Shown here piece after piece: positions 60,742-64,000 of a stretch of DNA of 64,000 bases (the stretch's first letter is position 1; the number at the start of each line of letters is the position of its first letter). The translations under genes were made by a program, and so were the position numbers. A model generated the notes under the pieces. That model saw only the letters and a program-made list of their open reading frames with translations. It made no database searches and was not told the origin of the DNA. Location of the stretch: the NCBI GenBank assembly GCA_964106915.2, contig OZ066920.1. The stretch is one strand, 5' to 3'. This DNA comes from Podarcis gaigeae (lineage: Eukaryota).

Positions 60742-62481
60742 CGCCGCGCCTCTCTGTCTCCCCCTGGAGGGAAGAAAAAGAAGCACCAGGGAACTTGGGG
60801 AGAGAGAAGGAGAGAGAGCGCCAGCGCGCCCACGAGGAACTCGCTAGGGGTAGCCCTGCGCAGGGAGGAGAAAGCAAAAGAGGCGCTCGACGGGGCGGCC
60901 GCCGCTGCAGTTGCCGCCGCCTCGCGGGCCTGGGAAGCCCTCTGGAGTGGGATTGAGGAGCGCGCCTGCGCCCTGCTCAGCCCGTTCCCCCTAAGCGCTC
61001 CGTGCACTTGTCAAGGGGTAGCCACGTCGGGGCGGAGAGGCGAAGAGGCCTGCTAGAAATTGTGCCTGCTCCCACCCCTCCCTGCTGCCCATCAGCTTTC
61101 CAAGTTCAGGATTCCCTTTTGGTAGACGGAGCAGATGGCAGTTTAAGGAGCGAGGAAAGCCAGGCGCAAGAACAGCTCTCCTCTGGTTCGGAAAACACGG
61201 GGCAAAGGCTAGGAGGAGAGTGGGCGTCTTCCTGATGCTCTGTGGCTAGGAGTAGCTGGCCCCAGTCTGCTCCCCCGTATTTGATATTAGGAGGGGTATT
61301 GGTCAGGCAGAGTTTTTCCAGAAATGGGGGTCACTTTAGTTTGATCTCCTCTTACCTCCAAATCAGAGATGCTCAGAGTAGGGGGTGCAGGGAAGCAGAG
61401 GGGACCAGAAAGGGAATCCAGATCAGCAGTGTCTTGGAGATCAGTATTGTGATAAACGGTGATAGCTGCTTTCATGAGTGATGCTCATGGTGGCTGATAT
61501 CTCCCCCATCCTAGGATACTCATGTCCCTCTTCCACTTTCCATCCTCCACAAGTAACTTAGCACATGCTTACAAACTGCCTGGATGGTTTTGTTTTCCAG
61601 ATTGTAGTTTTACCCAGGTGGGCAGATAGGAAAGCACCTGTCTCAGAGACACTTCCTGTCGAGAGATCAGCAGGCAAATCATTGCAGGGGGTTGGACTAG
61701 ATGATCCACTGGGTCCCTTCTAGCTCTACAATTCTATGAAAGCAGGAGGCTGAGGTCTAGGGGATTGCCGTGGGGAAAGGGGCCGTGGGAACAAAATGCC
61801 AAATACTCCTGTGAAGTGTCAGATTGTATTCTTTGCGTTGTCTGAAGATATAGGCTTTCTTTTAAGAGGAGAAATGGGAACGAGCCACTGCAGAACAGAG
61901 CTGGCTTGATGTTCCTCCAGAAACATCAGGAAGTATTCTTCTTTCTGTAGCTTTGCAGGATTAGCCGGCTGAAACAGCCTTCGACACCCCTCCCCCCCCC
62001 AAAGTGCAATGCCAAACTGTAATTACCAGTGAGGTTGGGCTTTAGATCCTAGTAATGAAAAGCTGTGAAAGGAGTTTAAAGAAAGCACACACAAGATGGG
62101 GCCCCCATTTTTTAAAAGAAGATGGGTTTGGAAACGCCTTTTAGTTCCAAGGTAAGTTTCGCCAGGTAGCTGAATTAAGTTCCAGGAGAAGGCAGGCGCC
62201 TTGCAGGAAGCTACAGCAGTATTACACAGTTGCGCAAAGTGATGCCGAGAGCAAGCGCGTCGCTATGAACATTTGCCTTCTTTCCCAGCCTTCCGCGAAG
62301 AATGGCGTGACGTACAAGATAATGCACTTCTGAGCATTTCTGAAGTCCATGGGGAGATTCCTTCTTCCGGTGAATTCTAGAGCGGTTAGACTATATCTTG
62401 ACTTCACAGAGCTGCAAAATGGCCGGGGGTGGGGGGTGGGATGGGGGAGAGAAGTACAAGTGTAAAAAAAGTAAATAAGTA

Positions 62482-63336
62482 AATAAATAATATAATGATG
62501 CTAATAAAAGAAAGTCTCGGTCAGGAGCAATAATTGTTCTTTAATGCACACTTTGGTTTGGATGCACTGTTGTTCGTATTGAAGCTGTAAATACTTGTTT
62601 ATTTAAACAGACTGCAAAGTGCAGAAATGGTGGCAAACAACATTCATTTCTCCCCCTCCCCCTAAATGTCCAAAACATGATATGCACTCAAATGTCTAAT
62701 TTTTTTTTTGGTTAAAAAAAGTTTATATTTGAGCTGTACAGAGTTGAGCATTAATCCAATATTTCAGCTGTATGTCTGTAACATTATCATTCCCCTCCCC
62801 TTCTTGAAATGTTATTGCAAGAGTTAAAATTCCATGTTAATAATGGAGAGTTCTTTTTTTTCTGTTGTCTACCTCACTACATTGCAAGAGCACAATCCAT
62901 CGGGAAGGTCTGCATGCCTTGCTGCGGAAGGCCTGTAGCTTAGTGGTAGAGCATCAGCTTTGCCTGCAGAAGTTTCCAGGTTTGATCCCCGGGCAGAGCT
63001 GGGAGAGACTTCCTGTCTGAAACCCTGGAAAGTTGCAGCCAGTCATTGCGAACAATACTGAACAAAATGGGCCATTGGTATTAATCAACTTCCTTTGTTC
63101 TCGCACTGTTACACAGTTCCTATTTCAGTGAAGCTGAAGAAGGAGAACTTCCTGCTGGGTTGTGCGCCAAATAATATGCAACTCTTAAGGCTGCGTACCC
63201 ATGGCATTTTATTCAAGAACCAATGGAGACAGTGCTTCCCCCTCCCCATGTCGTCCGCACACAATTTAGATCTGTTGCATATTTTTTTGCCCCTGAAAAG
63301 CTCTTCTTGAGAAACTGACTTTGTTCTGGAAATAAA
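62482..63336 (+). terminator. GDF6 candidate polyadenylation signals (AATAAA at 62482, 62503 and 63331)
   Basis: Canonical hexamers 1.7-2.6 kb after the stop codon. Which one is used cannot be read from the sequence. Confidence 0.45.
62930..63100 (+). mobile_element. tRNA-derived squamate SINE
   Basis: ggcctgtagcttagtggtagagcatcagctttgcctgcagaag...ggtttgatcccc...ctgaaaccctgga. Confidence 0.7.
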
Positions 63337-64000
63337 AGCTCATTGCGGATGGATTCTGCATTGCTGTGCAATGTGCTCATTTGCAAATAGATGGAAGCAG
63401 CTGTAGGCAGTCCCAGCAGTGGGTGTGGATATGTATCCCTACACCTGTTCGGTGATGCTATGGGTGGGCATATATAATCAAGTTTCCAGTCACCACTTCC
63501 TGCTTCGTTCAACTGGGGCATGTGCAGGGAAGAAAAGAAAAGAATAGGGGTTAGCCTAAACAAGGGGAGGGGTTTCAAATGTCTTATCAGGTAACCACAC
63601 CCACCCTTGCGGATAGCAGGATCTAGAATCTACAGTAGTTTGAAAGTGACGTGTTGTGGACAAGAATGAACAGTTCCTGATTGAGAAAAAATATCACTTT
63701 TGTGCTACGAAGTGTGTACGGAGCCTAACACTCTTTAAGGTAAATTACCGGTAATATTCAGAACATTTTTACTGGATGGTACTTAAACCACAACTGTATT
63801 ATTAAACTCTTTCCTCCCTGGAAGCCAGTTGCTTTTTCTGTTCTATTTTGATTAAATACCCATGCATTAAAAACCAAAAAAACCCAAATCATATCTGGAT
63901 GTTGGCTACAATTCTTAAAATCTATTAGTCGACCTGAAAGAGGCACCAATTAAAAAACAAAATTCACAGACCTTTGTGATTTAAACCCCCCTTTTAATGT

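Overview
This is eukaryotic (vertebrate) genomic DNA, most likely from a lacertid lizard, judging by its Sauria SINEs, BovB, L2, CR1, and hAT and Tc1/mariner MITEs. It holds the conserved syntenic block MTERF3 - UQCRB - GDF6, all on the + strand. MTERF3 is represented by its last four coding exons. UQCRB is complete (4 exons, 111 aa). GDF6 is complete (2 coding exons, 428 aa, with a ~21.8 kb CpG-rich intron). Nearly all other ORFs in the track are spurious or TE-derived. I found no convincing new protein-coding system. The most unusual structures are TE-built: (i) a 2.16-kb Buster/Charlie-type hAT element with a perfect TSD that carries a ~870-bp purine/G-rich satellite, internal duplications and a CR1-transposase fusion; (ii) a head-to-head mariner-MITE palindrome in UQCRB intron 3 whose TIR is split by a young L2; (iii) hairpin MITEs carrying ZNF143/THAP11-like or NRF1/ETS-like motifs inside a mitochondrial housekeeping gene. 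There are also several candidate GDF6 enhancers and a candidate CTCF boundary. Exon and TSD coordinates were counted by hand. Boundaries of old repeats are approximate, and repeat family names come from recall, not from a database search.
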